Assembly: GCA_030295235.1 (NCBI GenBank)
Contig: AP026126.1
Span: 2,046,001 to 2,110,000 of the forward strand
Length of the DNA: 64,000 bases
Source of the DNA: Fistulifera solaris
Lineage: Eukaryota
Direction of reading: 5' to 3'
A model generated the notes under the pieces. The model had not been told where the DNA came from. It saw only the letters and a list, made by a program, of their open reading frames with translations, and ran no database searches. Shown piece after piece: positions 24,366-38,087 of the stretch. The number at the start of each line of letters is the position of its first letter. Positions within the stretch are counted from its first letter, which is position 1. The position numbers and the translations under genes were made by a program.

Positions 24366-24801
24366 GGGAATGGAATAGTATAGATTAGGTTTCTTAGCTC
24401 CACTATAAAGCGAGTGGCGATGTGGTCAACAAGGAAAAAAAATATTTACCGACCTTGATGATGTTGTGGAATGGATTGCTTCCAATATCGAGTACTTCAC
24501 ATAGTTTACTATACTCCGTACAAGGTAGACTCCTAGCTAGCTAGTAGTACTACAAGTACATGCCCAGAGTTCTCTGGAGATGAAGTTACGTGGCATTTTC
24601 ACATATCCAGAAAATCTGGTGTTGTGGGTTGTGGTGCCTTCACGGAGATTGAATGACATCAACATCAGCCGGCAATAATACATCATACTTTTCCTTCCTT
24701 CCAAAGAACGAGCAGTATTGATTATCAAAAAGCATCCAATAGACTATTATTTTAATACCGAAATAGACTTTAACATACAAGCGCACACGCACGAAAAAAA
24801 A

Positions 24802-27094
24802 ATGAAACGACAAATAATTCAACAATTTTCTCGTGTCTTTACGTATCATTTTCATCCATGCAATGTCGTTCGACTTTCTTGTCGTCCTCTTTCGACAGCA
24901 ATCCATCACAATAACATAGCTTCAACAACTACAAAGTCATCTGCGTCTTTAGAACTCGATTTCTTTGGAGAACCTGTTTCATTTGTTCATCCAACACTCG
25001 ATTCAACACAACAACTAACAAATACCACAAACGCCATGGAAGCACTCGATGGCTTTTTACTGACAGTCGTGAGCAAAGGGAAGTCATGTATCGGCGGAGG
25101 CGATGAAGCGGGAATCGATGTCAAGCCGGCACATGCCGCATCATTGAGCTGGGCGGAATTGTTACGACATGCGGCTGTATGGAATACTTCAATTACAACA
25201 ACGCAACGATCCTCTCCCATGTTGGTAGTCGTAGCTGTCGCGCCGTTGTTGGCGCAGGCCGGTGTCGCTTATGTGCGACATTTAGATACCTTGTTGATAC
25301 AAGCGTCTCCCGGAGTGAAGGGATTGCCGGTAATACAAATGATGGACTTGGTGACAGCCGTAGTAGAGACCTGGATGGAACACAGCGGTGAAGCGTTGCC
25401 ATGGAATGAACGTGAATGCTTGCATGTACAAGCTTTGTCTTATTTAGTGAAAGACCAGCACAGACGAGCACTTTCTGTTGTGTTAAAAATATTACAGCTA
25501 TGCCCAGGTGATTTATTGGCTTTGACTCTAGCCCTGGATTTGGCACAAACCACAGGCGATAAACGTGCGGCCTTGCGGTAAGTTGTATGGAGTGAATTGA
25601 ATTCTCTTTTTTCTCTAGCATCTCATCAATTAGCAATTTTCTCACTTTGAACTCATCAGTGCCGCCGGATCCGTGGCGGCTTACTGGAGTGAACGAGGAG
25701 GTGGATTCATTACTCCTGCGTTGACGGGACATGCCCTGGCCACCAGTTGGATGGCACTGGGAATGGCTGTCGGAGGACGCACGGAGTCGGCAGAGCAATT
25801 GGCGGAACGATCGATGAAACAGGGACGGAAGTTGGGTGGAGCGGTAGCTACTTGGGCACAAGCGCATATTTTCGACGCAGCGGGTCGTGTTTCGGAAGGA
25901 ATCTCGGCCATGGCCAACTATGATGGCATTGTGAATTATGAAGGAGCGGGTTGGATGTTCTTTGATTGTCGTTTGGCGGGATATGGGGCACGCTTTTCAT
26001 TGGATCGAGAAGAACGAGGACGTGGGACGAGTCGAGCCCTCACTTTATATGAACGCAGTTTTGATCGTGTATTGCATTATAGTGGATTCGCCATGGGGAA
26101 ACCGTGGAGACGTCCACAGCAGCCCGCTCCGATCGCGTGGAAAGAGGAAACGACATTGTCACTGGAACAAGGAAAATCCAACAATTTACAAGAAGCCAGG
26201 TCTTTTTGGGAACGAATTTCAGGGCAAAAGAAGAATTCGGCGGCATCTCAAAAGCAAGAAATCTACGAGCTAGTGATGAAAGGGGAACAACTTCCGTCAT
26301 CGAAATTAGAGAATTGGGATCCATCGTTAGAGGACGTCTTGACGTGGCTTCCTCCCACCCCTCAGCTCTTATCCGATGCAACCTTATTGCTTCTCCGACT
26401 GACATTGAATGGAACTATTTCTACACAGAATGGCCGATGGGGACATATGCGCAATGCTTGGCGTGTTTTATTGGAAATGCAGGATACATACGAGAAGCCT
26501 TTGTCATTTTGTCCTCTTGCTTGCTTATCGGCATCGCTTTTGTGTCATCCACGCGACACGGGAGGTGACAAGATTGGCAATGGACGAATAGCGCAAGCTT
26601 TATACAACATGGGAGAGACTTTACGTCTTGGAGGTGCCACCGATCAGTCTTCGTCGAGGAGTGATTCCAAGGCCATTCGTGAAGTTGTAGCTGACCGTGA
26701 TCCTCGTTTCTGGTTGCCAGTGGAAGGAGAAAGCAACGACATTTGGAAAGAAATCGTCGATCATTTTTCTTCGGGCATCGACCAACACGTTGATTTGGAC
26801 GAGGAGAGCGATGACAACGGTTTACCTTTTGAACACTGGGACTTTGAAGCTCGTCCTATATTGGAACATGCGGTAGTGTACGCCGCATGTAAAGCGGGAG
26901 ATATAGAGAGCTTGTCATTGGCCCGTGCTATTTGCAGTCAGGGTGTGACTATTCGTACTAACTCGCCCGAGGAATGGTGGCGATACAGCATCGTATTGGG
27001 CTTACTAGGGGACGAGAGAGGTTCAGAAGACGCTTTACAGCACAGTATTAACTTTGGTTCCGGTCAAGGATCTCGAAGTGTCAGTTCATTGTAA
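24802..27094 (+). CDS. TPR/TTC38-like helical-repeat protein; intron 25578-25659
   Basis: Segments NERECLHVQAL, ILQLCPGDLLAL, AEQLAERS and ATWAQAHIFDAAGR resemble TTC38. Canonical GTAAGT/CAG intron; mitochondrial-like presequence. Confidence 0.6.
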
Positions 27095-27679
27095 TAGATA
27101 GTACAGAATAGACTGAAGGTCAAGAGTTCATGAGTGTTGTATTTTGAAGAAGTTAAATGCAGCCGAGATACTCTGATATGCGACATGGTGAAATAGAAAG
27201 ATTTGAGTCTGTCGTGCTAATACAATCCTCTGGCTCGATTAAATTCTGATCTTATTCGCATCTAGTCACTAGAATTTAACAAGAAATTTATCTGCAGGAG
27301 TTGAAACCGCCTTCAAACAGAGTTCCGACGTTTGCCAATAAATTTTTACCACCTGACTCATGACCATCCTAGCTCGTTTCTCACTCATGCGCATCGGTAC
27401 CCAGTCTTTAAGTAAATTAATCGTTACATAGTCACACCGTTCCACCCACCTGGTACCCGATATGATGATTCCATGTGTACAAGTACCAGTAGACGACCTT
27501 TTTCGTGTCTCGTGAACAAGCTTCAGTCTTCAGTCATGAGTTAGAGTATGAGAGTTGATAGTCGTTAATTACTGGTAGTTGGCGACGCAAAGACAGACGA
27601 GAGTCGCAAATCGCAACAATGCGATAAATGAAAAGTAGCTCCATTTCATTCTTCCTTTTTATTAATCTGATTAGAAAAC

Positions 27680-29738
27680 ATGATGGCTTCAACAGCAGCA
27701 AATTCTTATCACTCACAATATCGTGAGGAAAGCGACATTTCGGAAAGTAAGCGTCTTGCTGTGCAAACATTCTTTGCAAACGAAACGCAACAACCATTAA
27801 CAGAGCGCTTGCAAAAATTCGTGGAGGCGTTTCAGGTGCGTTTCACGACTTTTAAAAACCTTTTCTCATAGAATAACATCATCAAATCAGTTAACGGATG
27901 TCTTTTCGTTGCAGGATAAAGTTCCGCTGCAACAGAGAGAACAGCAGCAACTCGAATGGACGGCATATTTACTCGCACGCGCCCCTGCTACTTTTCTAGA
28001 CGAGTTAGAGCAATGTTTTCGTCAATGGCTCCTTCAATATAGCGAAGAAATGCAAGAAGAAGATTCGACTACGACATTTCTGACGAACGTGCTGCAAATC
28101 CTCGGATGGTTTGATTTCGCTTTCGTACAACAACCGCTGCAAAAAGCAGTCGCATTTCGCATTCAACAAATTGCTCGTGATCTGATTCAAGGAGATTACG
28201 AAACACCCAATTTACTTCAAGTACTGCTATCAGAATGTCAGCAAGCCATTCCGTCAATTTTACACCAAATCAATTTGGAAGAAAACGTGCGTTCCGTTTT
28301 CGGAAAAGTGCGCTTGGATGAATTGTTTGAAATGGTGGCGGATTATCCAGACTCACAGCCAGCCGTACAGGATCTGCAAACACTGTGTCAAACCAGTCCC
28401 CGCTTCGCACAACAACTTACTCACTCGCTCAAACAAACCTTGATTCGACGATTGTGTCACCCGGGGGCGGAAACGACGCAAATCATGCAAATGTACATTC
28501 ATACCATTCACTGTCTTCGAGTATGGGGATTGTCGAGTGCCGCCGTCACGAACCCCGTACGCACCTATTTACGCGAACAGCGATCGGATACGGTTCGATG
28601 CATTATTACCAGCTTAACGACGGGTGATTTGTATGAGGAATTGCGAAAACCACAAGCACTCGAACACATGGTTGAAGATGAGGACGATGAGGAACAACCG
28701 CCCACCATGGAGTGGCAACCGAAACCTTCCATTTTTCATCCCGTCGCGGGACATGACTCGGAAGACATTTTGGCTTTGTTGGTCAGCATTTATGGCAGCA
28801 AAGAAGTCTTTGTCAACGAATATCGACTCATGTTGGCTGACAAATTACTCAATCAATTGGACTATCAGACCGACTCTTCCGTCCATACGTTAGAATTACT
28901 CAAGTTGCGGTTTGGAGAGCAATCGATGCGGCACTGTGAGGTCATGGTAAAAGATGTTGACGATAGCAAACGTACGAATGCGCAAATCAAGGAAGAACTC
29001 CGGGACAGTGTTGTCGATAGTGTCATCGTATCACACATCTTTTGGCCAAAACTGCAAAAGGAACGCTTGCAGCATCATCCTCGCTTGCAAACACCCATGG
29101 ATGAATACAATCGTGTATTTAGTCGTTTAAAAAATCCTCGACAATTGGTATGGTTTTCACAATTAGGGACTGTGGATATCGAACTAGACGTTTTCGACAA
29201 GGGGGGAGAAGTCGTTACGAAGAGTTTTTCCTGCACGCCATTACAAGTCACACTCCTGTTGCATTTTGAGGACCAACCGATGTGGAAGCTGTCAGATTTA
29301 TCCAATGAAACAAGTGTTCCTGAAAATGTGTTGCAGAAGCGCCTTTCGTATTGGATTGGTCATCGCATTATTCGGCATATTGATGCTGATACCTACGAAC
29401 TAGTGCTTCCTACAGAACACCACTATCACGAAAACACGGAGACACCAGAAGATCACCATATGCATTACGATGAAGGAACTAGCTCGGCAGTGAGTCTGAC
29501 GGCTCACGAAGACGAAGAAATGCAGGTCTTTGAATCATACGTGGTTGGTATGCTGACGAACATGGGTTCCCTCCCCTTGGCTCGTATCCATCAAATGCTC
29601 AAGATGTTTGTGACGGGAAGTGAAGTGGTCGTGAAAGATCCAACTCCTCAACAACTTGCACAGTTTTTACAAAACCTCGTGGCGCAAAACAAGCTCGAAT
29701 GCGGGCCGGATGGAATGTACAAACTATATGGCAAATGA
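27680..29738 (+). CDS. APC2: Anaphase-promoting complex subunit 2 (cullin homology); intron 27836-27914
   Basis: Motifs ELFEMVADYPDS, RLCHPGAET, LVSIYGSKEVFVNEYRLMLADKLL, ELLKLRFGE, CEVMVKD and VGMLTNMGSLPLARIHQMLKMF. Confidence 0.95.
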
Positions 29739-29893
29739 AAACAAGTTGAGGATTGGCTACAAAAGGTTTTTTTCTGCGTTGTCACAGCAATTTAAACTAT
29801 TCACAAAGAAAAGTTTTGAGTATAGGAATACTATTTGTTCTCTTGTTCTCAATATGCATCTCTAGATTGTTGGCATCATCTTAACATTGGTGC

Positions 29894-31103
29894 TCAATTG
29901 GCGAGCGCCATTTTGGGCAAAGATCCAAGAATATCCTTCAACTCTTCACCGAGTTCCTCATCCTCCTCGCTCCAATCTTCCGAGTCGTACTCGGACTCAT
30001 CATCATCATCGTCGTCGTCGTCGTCAGAGTCGTCATCCGAGAAATCGGCTTCGCTCATATCCGCTGTCTTATCATTGTCTTCCAACAGCATGCGAGCTTC
30101 TTGGGGATTGAGTTTGCCGGCGGCAACCATGCCTGCCATATCATCAGGCAGAGCGTCCTTGGGATTCTCCAAGAAGCGGGTGTGGGGTCCAATCTTCACG
30201 AGTTCTGGCGGACCCTGCTCACCATCCTTCTCTGCAGAACGCTTGGGCCAGTATCTATCAGCGTTCTGTTCAAGAAAGGCGATCCAATCTCCATAGTGTT
30301 CCTTACGAACATAATTTAGAGGACAGTGACCTCGCGCATCAATCATATGAAACATTCTCACGTCGAATTTCAAAATTTCTTCCACGACCGGAAAAGCAGG
30401 CTCCGCAGCCCAACAAGCATCATGCAAAGGCGTGCGACCGTAATCATCCGCAGTGCGAAAGTCGCAACCTCTTTCAAGCAAAACGTCCATCATCGGCTTG
30501 CTACCATGACGACAAACAGTGTGCGCAACAGATTCGCTGTATTGATTACAAGGATTGGAAGAGAGACCAGCCCTCATTAATTCCTGAAAGTTCTCAACGT
30601 CATGGCGACGAATCAGTCCAATCAGGTGAATATTGTAACTAGCACGCTGATGAGAAGAAGGCGTGTTATAATAGCCTGACTGCAAAGTAGGATAGCGTTT
30701 CGTCGAGTAGCCACGGTAGCGTAACATGGCGTCCATGTACGCCTGAGGATTCAACAGCTGTTACAAATAATGCGGCAAAGGACGTTAGTATGAAGGTTGG
30801 AGCTTACTTAGTTGCAAAAAAACCTGTAAAACTTACATTATCATTGCTGTCCGTCTTGCGAAGAGCCGGACGCTTCTTCGTCTCAGTGGGCGTTTTGACA
30901 TCAGCCGTTCGAATGATTTGGCTCTTCTTTCCTCGGCTGAACGAGGTTGTAGCTTTCTGGAACAGCCAGTTGCGAAAAAAGACTTTATTCGCGGCCTTCT
31001 CAGGAGGAGGTTTGTGGACTTCCTTGCCTCGGTTCGAAGCCAGAAAGACAGCTTGAAGAGCAACGGGAATACGGCTTTGCTTTTTCTGGGGTTGGGCACT
31101 CAT
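29894..31103 (-). CDS. Ankyrin-repeat protein with acidic tail, copy A of an inverted pair; intron ~30758-30836
   Basis: Ankyrin repeats ESVAHTVCRHG, DDYGRTPLHDACW and DARGHCPL. Exon 1 (MSAQPQKKQ...) ends at a GTAAGT donor. Confidence 0.85.
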
Positions 31104-32664
31104 GGTTGAATAAAAGTGATGTTACGAATAAAAATAAGACGAATATTCAGCGAATGTTGGCTTTTTCCTTTGCTGCTGCTTCGTTTTATGACACGCAAAA
31201 CGATTCTTGCTGTATTAAACTAGCCCCAAAGCTTTTTCTCATCAAGTAGAAGGGAGGCGGCAATCGGCAATGCGCCACGTCGATCCGAAGACGAGCCACA
31301 AAAGACCGCTTAGGGCATACCTAATTGCCTCAGAATCCACAGTTCACGAATTCCAGTCATTTGTTAAATGAAGCCATGTGTTCCACTGTTTCCACTCCCA
31401 AATTCCTTAATAGCTGGCGCAATACAATATCCTAATTCTCACTTCAACGGCAACGGCAGGCGGCGCAGGGCGGCGGGTCACGGTCATTAGTTCACCAAAT
31501 CGTATACTACAAAAAGAATTGGCATTGTTACAGTCACACTTTATCTTATATATCAGAAAAGAAGATCAACGAAGCGTTCTTTTGTGCCTTATCTGAATTT
31601 GAAAATTCAACGTTCAACCGCTTAGCTCTTAGCTACTGCGTTCTGCTACCTGGTACGCTTCCAGAGCTCACTTTTCGCTGAAGCACTACCCTTTATCTTC
31701 TCTCGTACCTTTTCCCTTCTCTAGAGGTCCAGTCTATTTTTTATTTGTAGCCTGTAAACTATAGCCCCTACTTCGTATGTATAAGAAAGCTCAAAGCAAG
31801 ACCAGTCTTTCATTCCGAGTCTCGAGCTGCGAACCGCGAGGGCTAACCACATTCGTATGCTCGTATGCTCGTACGTTCGCGATGATTATGGTATTGACTT
31901 TTTGAGCTTCGAATGAAATAAGCTGAGCCGTGAACCACTAGAGTGAACGTCGCGGATCGTGCATATGAAAGTACAGTATGTAATCCTGCGTGATCAGTTC
32001 CGGGTTCCGAGATCGAACCAATTCCACTCAAGTATGGGTGACGATTGACGATTCACACTTTCAACTACAAACTAGAAGCAAATTACGCCTTCAACCGAGC
32101 ATATCGGGCTTAGCATAGAAGCACCGATCCGAGATATGCACCACTCTTAGCTATTCTCATTCTTTCCACATTCCACATCGGAGTGTTGTGCGCCTAGGGA
32201 ATCTTACCAGTAGAGACTGCAGATTGCAGATTCAAAGATCAGTTGAGTTCGAGGAAGAAATTCAGCTCTGCCAAATTTGAGGATCACGTTGCGTTAATCC
32301 TTCATAGGAAGCAAGGTGGCACTCCTTCTCCTTCGCTAGTGTCATCAGTAATTCATCCCGGATGGATTCTACTGACCATGTCTGACGCTTTTCGGAAAAG
32401 AAAAAAGGCAAGACTTCCCGCCAGGTATGTTGGTAAAGAGTCAGCCACCAGTCAACGTTCATCCACGTCGAACGAAGCGAAAGAGATGTATCGTAACGTT
32501 GTGAGTGACGGCGATCTTACAAGCTGAGGGCTTTATCACGATACCATACCACTTATAAACAATAATGCTTAAGTTATTGTGGGAAATTGGTAGCCGGAGA
32601 GGCATGATAAAGGTAACAATCCGTAAATAGCCCAGTCACCAACGCTTCGACTTCCACCAGATTC

Positions 32665-33000
32665 CTACCACCATCTCAGGTTTTTCGACTGCTCCATTTT
32701 TAGTAATTCAACCTTGTAAGTTGTATTGTCATCTACACATCTGACAACATGGATGATCGACTCAATACTCGAAATTTCTTCTTTTCCGCCAATTTCAGCG
32801 ACGCGAGATTGTTCACACCTTACAATTCTACCCCGAATCCAGAATTTTTCGTTGAGTTTCGGCCGAAGCCAAACAAATCTTCCAAGGACATTGTCTGCGT
32901 AAGGAGTTTTGGGCTTGGCGATCGGCAGTTGATCTGGTTCGTCGATCAGTGTATTGGTAACGTCTCCGACTTTATCAGGCGTCGTTTGTTGAACTACCAT
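32665..33000 (-). CDS. Small ORF with a possible Tudor/SH3-like fold
   Basis: GRFVWL...WIRGRIV...HVVRCVDD...VELL...LRW loosely matches a Tudor-like pattern; the 5' end is uncertain. Confidence 0.3.
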   Translation of the reverse strand: MVVQQTTPDKVGDVTNTLIDEPDQLPIAKPKTPYADNVLGRFVWLRPKLNEKFWIRGRIVRCEQSRVAEIGGKEEISSIESIIHVVRCVDDNTTYKVELLKMEQSKNLRWW

Positions 33001-34101
33001 TATTTCTCTTTTCGAAGTCGTAGCCGATTAACACTTTGAATACCTATCAAAATGTAGAGAATCGAGAATTTCGGTAAAGAAAAGCCAAACAAAAAATATT
33101 GTGTAATTAGGGGCAACGACAGCAACGCGCTGAAACGCAAACTATGGTCGATTGGTCCTTGTCATTGCTCTCAACGCCAACGCGCAGTCTCGCGAATTGA
33201 ATGCTCGTGACTCGTTGTGTTTTTAGTTATGAGTATATTACCCATCCTATTGAGCTTGGGACCGGTACATGTACCAGTACCAGTACCGGAACTATACCTG
33301 GTACCTGTACCAGGTAGCTTTCAACAAAATTTGTTTAGGCGTATGTCCTAGCTCTAGACCCTTAACGCTAATGTGTAATGCCGATCAACGCCAATGATTG
33401 GTGACGTCAAAGATTAGCCGCGGAATTTCTGCTCCGAAAGATACCGAGTGGTGCCTGGTAGTGGCACGGTATGGGTTCGCGCGGGAAATTCGAAACGAAA
33501 CTTGAGACTTGAGACCCTAAGTCTAGAGACTATTCTGTGTGCTCTGTGGTTAGTGTGAACTATTATGTGCCGCATGACTGTTTTCAAGACTAAATGCCAT
33601 CCCTTTGCGCTTTGCAAACTTCCGTCCTCCGCCTGAGCGTACCAGATACCATATAAACACACTTCCTCTAGAGTACCTGAGTGAAGATTAAGAACCATTC
33701 CTCCGTCATTTACCGTTCACCGTTCACACAAGTCGTGATGAAAACGGGTGTTACCCCTGGTACTATTTGTGTAGTCGAACCATAGATTATTCACTAATAC
33801 TAAAAAGGACAAGTTTCAATAAAAAAGAGTTACTGAACGACCGCGATACATTTCCGTAGGGAACATTTTCGTCACTTCAACGTTCAACTTTCAAATTTCA
33901 AATCTACGTTTGAGTTTTACGATCTGCGTGGCCACACGCCACCACGACCGAAAACCTTTGATGTTCCTTGTTGTTGCCGCTCATCAACGTATTCATCGGT
34001 AGTGCAATTATTCTGCTGATTGTTGACTCAGTCGACCGAATACTTTAGCAACATTTCTTACGAGCTCATAAAAAGTTTGATTACGAAGCGTAACGTCCGA
34101 C

Positions 34102-35275
34102 ATGAGTGCGCAACCTCAAAACAAACAAGGTCGCATCCCCTTGGCTCTTCAAGCAGTATTTCTGGCTTCGAACCGAGGCAAGGAAGTTCACAAACCTCCT
34201 CCGGAGAAGGCTGCGAACAAGGTCTTCTTTCGCAACTGGCTTTTCCAGAAAGCTTCGACCTCGATCAGCCGAGGAAAGAAGAGCCAAATCGTCCAGACTG
34301 CTGATGTCAAGGCACCAACCGAGACGAAGAAGCGTCCGGCTCTTCGCAAAACTGATAGTACGGATAACGTAAGTTCTTCATCATCTTTCAAAATAAATGC
34401 ATTATTTGTAATTATCTTACTTTCTTTTTAAAAAACAGTTGCTGAATCCTCAGGCTTACATGGACGCCATGTTGCGTTATCGTGGATACTCGACGAAACG
34501 TTATCACACTTTGCAATCGGGCTACTACAACAAACCTTCTCCGCACCAACGTGCTAGTTATAACATCCATTTAATTGGACTGATTCGTCGTCGTGACGTT
34601 GAGAACTTTCAGGAATTAATGAGGGCTGGTCTCTCTTCCAATCCTTGTAATCAATACAGCGAATCTGTTGCGCACACTGTTTGTCGTCATGGTAGCAAGC
34701 CGATGATGGACGTTTTGCTTGAAAGAGGTTGCGACTTTCGCACTGCGGATGATTACGGTCGCACGCCTTTGCATGATGCTTGTTGGGCTGCGGAGCCTGC
34801 TTTTCCGGTCGTGGAAGAAATTTTGAAATTCGACGTGAGAATGTTTCATATGATTGATGCGCGAGGTCACTGTCCTCTAAATTATGTTCGTAAGGAACAC
34901 TATGGAGATTGGATCGCCTTTCTTGAACAGAACGCTGATAGATACTGGCCCAAGCGTTCTGCAGCGAAGGATGGTGAGCAGGGTCCACCACAACTTGCTT
35001 TAATGAAGCCTCACAGTCGCATAGTTGACAACCCAAAGGATGCCTTGCCCGATGATATGGCTTGCATGGTAGCTGCTGGTAAACTCAGTCCCCAGGAAGC
35101 TCGCATGTTGACCGAGGACAATGAAGCGACCGAGGCCATGAGTAATGATGGAAGTGAAGATTACTCAGATGACGATGATTCCGAATACGATTCTGAAAAC
35201 GACGACTGGGACGAGGGAGGATGAAGAGCTGCTAGATGTTCTTGGCGGCTTGCCTCAGATCGCCATTCGCGAATA
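34102..35275 (+). CDS. Ankyrin-repeat protein, copy B of the inverted pair; intron 34369-34438; probable frameshift near 35215
   Basis: Paralogous to copy A with the same intron position. The tail EELLDVLGGLPQIAIRE continues in another frame. Confidence 0.85.
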
Positions 35276-35371
35276 AGTAAATAAAGAAAGCGGCAAGGGT
35301 GTTGAGGTATAGAGTCGTGTATTATACATTTTCAGCACTATTTTGTATTACAATCGTTACGCTTAGGATAA

Positions 35372-37361
35372 CTAAAGAGATGGTTTTCCCAAAAGAAAAG
35401 TGGCAAGCCAAGTGCGCAGCGCTTTGTCGGAAAGTTCGCGTACTTTGACATCTGTATTGTGGACAAGTGATTGATCCTCTTCATCGAACCCTTCCCCCAA
35501 TCCACCGATGAGTACTGGTTCTATTTCTCGCAAAGTATCTTCCTCGTCCTTGCGAAGCGTATCAGCTAGTCCGGATGGGCGATTCGACACATGACCTTCA
35601 ATTGCCGCGTCCCAAACAGCGTTTGCTCTAGCAAGGCTGACGTCCAAGTTAGACGCCGACAACACTTCCTGCTTTGTCAATTCCGACCACAACGCTTTCG
35701 TATGCTTTCGGTCTACATCCACAAATTTGCCTTCCATGACATCTTTCCTTAGCTGTGGTATTAATTCACCCTGAAGTCCTTTCTTGGGCCAAAGCGAAAC
35801 GCCTGAAACAACCACAAAGTCAGTTGGTGACGCTAATCCGCCTTTCACGGCTTTCGTTACATCCGAGGCGGTGCATTTCCAGATTCCCTCTTCGAAACCG
35901 TCTTTTCCTACTGGACTTCCTATCTTTGCTTGACGAAGGACGTCACTGTTATGCAGCCACAAAAGAGGCTCTTGCCCTTTGACAGTGTATTGCCCGCCGT
36001 AGCGTAGAGGCAGTGTTACGACACTATCACCAGCAGATGCTTTGATGCGAATGTCCAAGCCTTTCGCAGCAGGGCGATTGAGAACAACACCAACAGTGCA
36101 CAAAGCGTCGTCGCTTAGAATCAAAACAACTGACTTGTGTAGTTCTTGTGATTGCAACAGATACGGGGATCGCTCTTGCGAAGAAGCACGAACAATATGA
36201 CCCGGAGTAAAATCCGAACTCGTGTCTTTCGTTTTCCCCTTATTCTGCATCGAGGAAATACGAGCACGTAATTCTTTCATTGGATCCACGAGCTTGTTTT
36301 TCTTCTTGTCTTTCAGTAGCTGTCACAGCGGAAGAAGTGGGTAATGTTTTTGGAAGTAAGTTTTCCCTGGCCCATTCTTTCAACATATAATCATCAAAGG
36401 TGCCGGTTTCCTCCAAAGCCAGCTTTTGTCTACCAATGAGTTTCATGAGCATCATCCAAGTATCGAGTCCCGCATCTCTCGCATCTGCAGTCGTCGCCAA
36501 TCGCGCCATTTCCTGCAACAGCGTTTGCGAATCGGTCGCCACCATGTACCAAGACTGTCGATCGAGTTCCCCCAACAGTTGTCCAGGTCCCCAGCCAGCA
36601 TATCCGCAGAACACCCAAAAATCGGAGGGCTTGGCGTGTCCGGCATGTACCAGCTTTTTCGCTTGATGGAACGATGTCCACTGAATATCACGAAGAACGG
36701 TAGTGCTAACTTCTGTCACAGGAGGTGTATCGAGCGAATGCAAACAGATTATGTCCGGTTTGGTCGAATCTAGTCCCTGTACATCTCCGCCGAACCAAAC
36801 TTTCCATCGGATATTGTTGAGCGTATCGGGTAACGTTACTTCCGTCGGTCTATTTAAAATGATTCCTTTGGTAAACGTGGCCTCTTGATGATCTAAAACA
36901 AGGATCGCTGCCTTATGAAAGTATTGTTGACGTAAGCCGAATCCGTAGTCTTGTTCTACACCGCCCAAGATGACAGCACCTTGTTCAATAACTTTTCCTG
37001 ATTCGTAGGCCCATTGATCAGGATCGAAACTGCTGCTGGAGATTCTACCCGCAGCGACGCCAAACAAACTCCCGATGCCATCAAGATCGTCGTCTTCCGA
37101 GACGTTATCTGTTTTTGTCGTAGCCGCCGTTGCTTGTGATTCTCCCATGACGAGTTTCGCACGAAATGCCCGCCAATCACGACCTGAAAGATCAAATTCT
37201 TCAGCGCCATCGTCAACGTCGTCGCCATTCGATGATTTGCCGTTCAGAATATAATATCTTGAGAATCGCCAAGTTGTGACAGTAGAAGGATTTAGGACGA
37301 AGCTGGTCGTATAGGTCAGCTTCGTCAATAACAGAGGCACTAGAATGTTAAGTCGCATCAT
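35372..37361 (-). CDS. Plastid-targeted protein with two DUF179 (YqgE/AlgH-like) domains; frameshift near 36300
   Basis: Domain 1: YFHKAAILV...KGIILNRP...WFGGDV...FCGYAGWGPGQLLGEL...SW. Domain 2: LHKSVVLI...GVVLNRP...RYGG...VSGVSLW. Signal peptide ending TS-F. Confidence 0.8.
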
Positions 37362-38087
37362 TTTCGAGGGAAACAGAGTAGCCCGCATCCGAGATTGGCG
37401 AGGGATTATTCGAAGGAATGCAAAAAGACTTGAAAAAGAAGGATAATTGCTATCGAGCCAAGTTACACGTATACCCGAAATACCGTTGTCTTGATCGCTC
37501 GCCAAGTTCCTCTCACTTCTTTTTGAGTCTTTCTTATGCTTTACAGATAGCGTTGAATAGATTATAGAGAAAGAATGCGTCAACAAAGAGTGCATGCATG
37601 CGCATGCTCATCCATCTCAGAGTGAACGCGTGTGTGTTACCAGACAACGTTGATGGTTGATGATGATGTGACGCCTTTCTGCAAGCAACGGAATTCATTT
37701 TACTCTTGCCCTTGTAGTACACAGTCCAGGATTGATTCTTCTTGCAATTGACTACGAGTGTTACGTCAGTGATAAAGAAAAGATTGACGATGAACGATGA
37801 AGTGCGTCCAATACCGTTTCGACAGCGGAGCAGAGACTGTCTATGTCTACTTTGTAGGTACTACAATAAGAAGAAAGAAATGACTAATGACCCACAATAA
37901 TGACTCCAGACTCCAGACTACTCTAGAGCTTTAGAGTAGATAAACAGATGTACCAGGTAGTGAAACTAATAATGACCTTCCTCACCCAATCGATGCTTGA
38001 CGCTCGGGATGAAGTTTCGCAAGACTTTGCTTCGCAACAATCTCACAATCACGTTGACATCGCAATACCTCTCTTGATCCTCAAAAA

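Noticed and set aside
31597..33902. Similar TT(G/C)AACGTT(G/C)AA..TTTCAAATT motifs upstream of both ankyrin copies
   Set aside because: Short, AT-rich and at different distances from the starts; cannot be separated from chance by eye.
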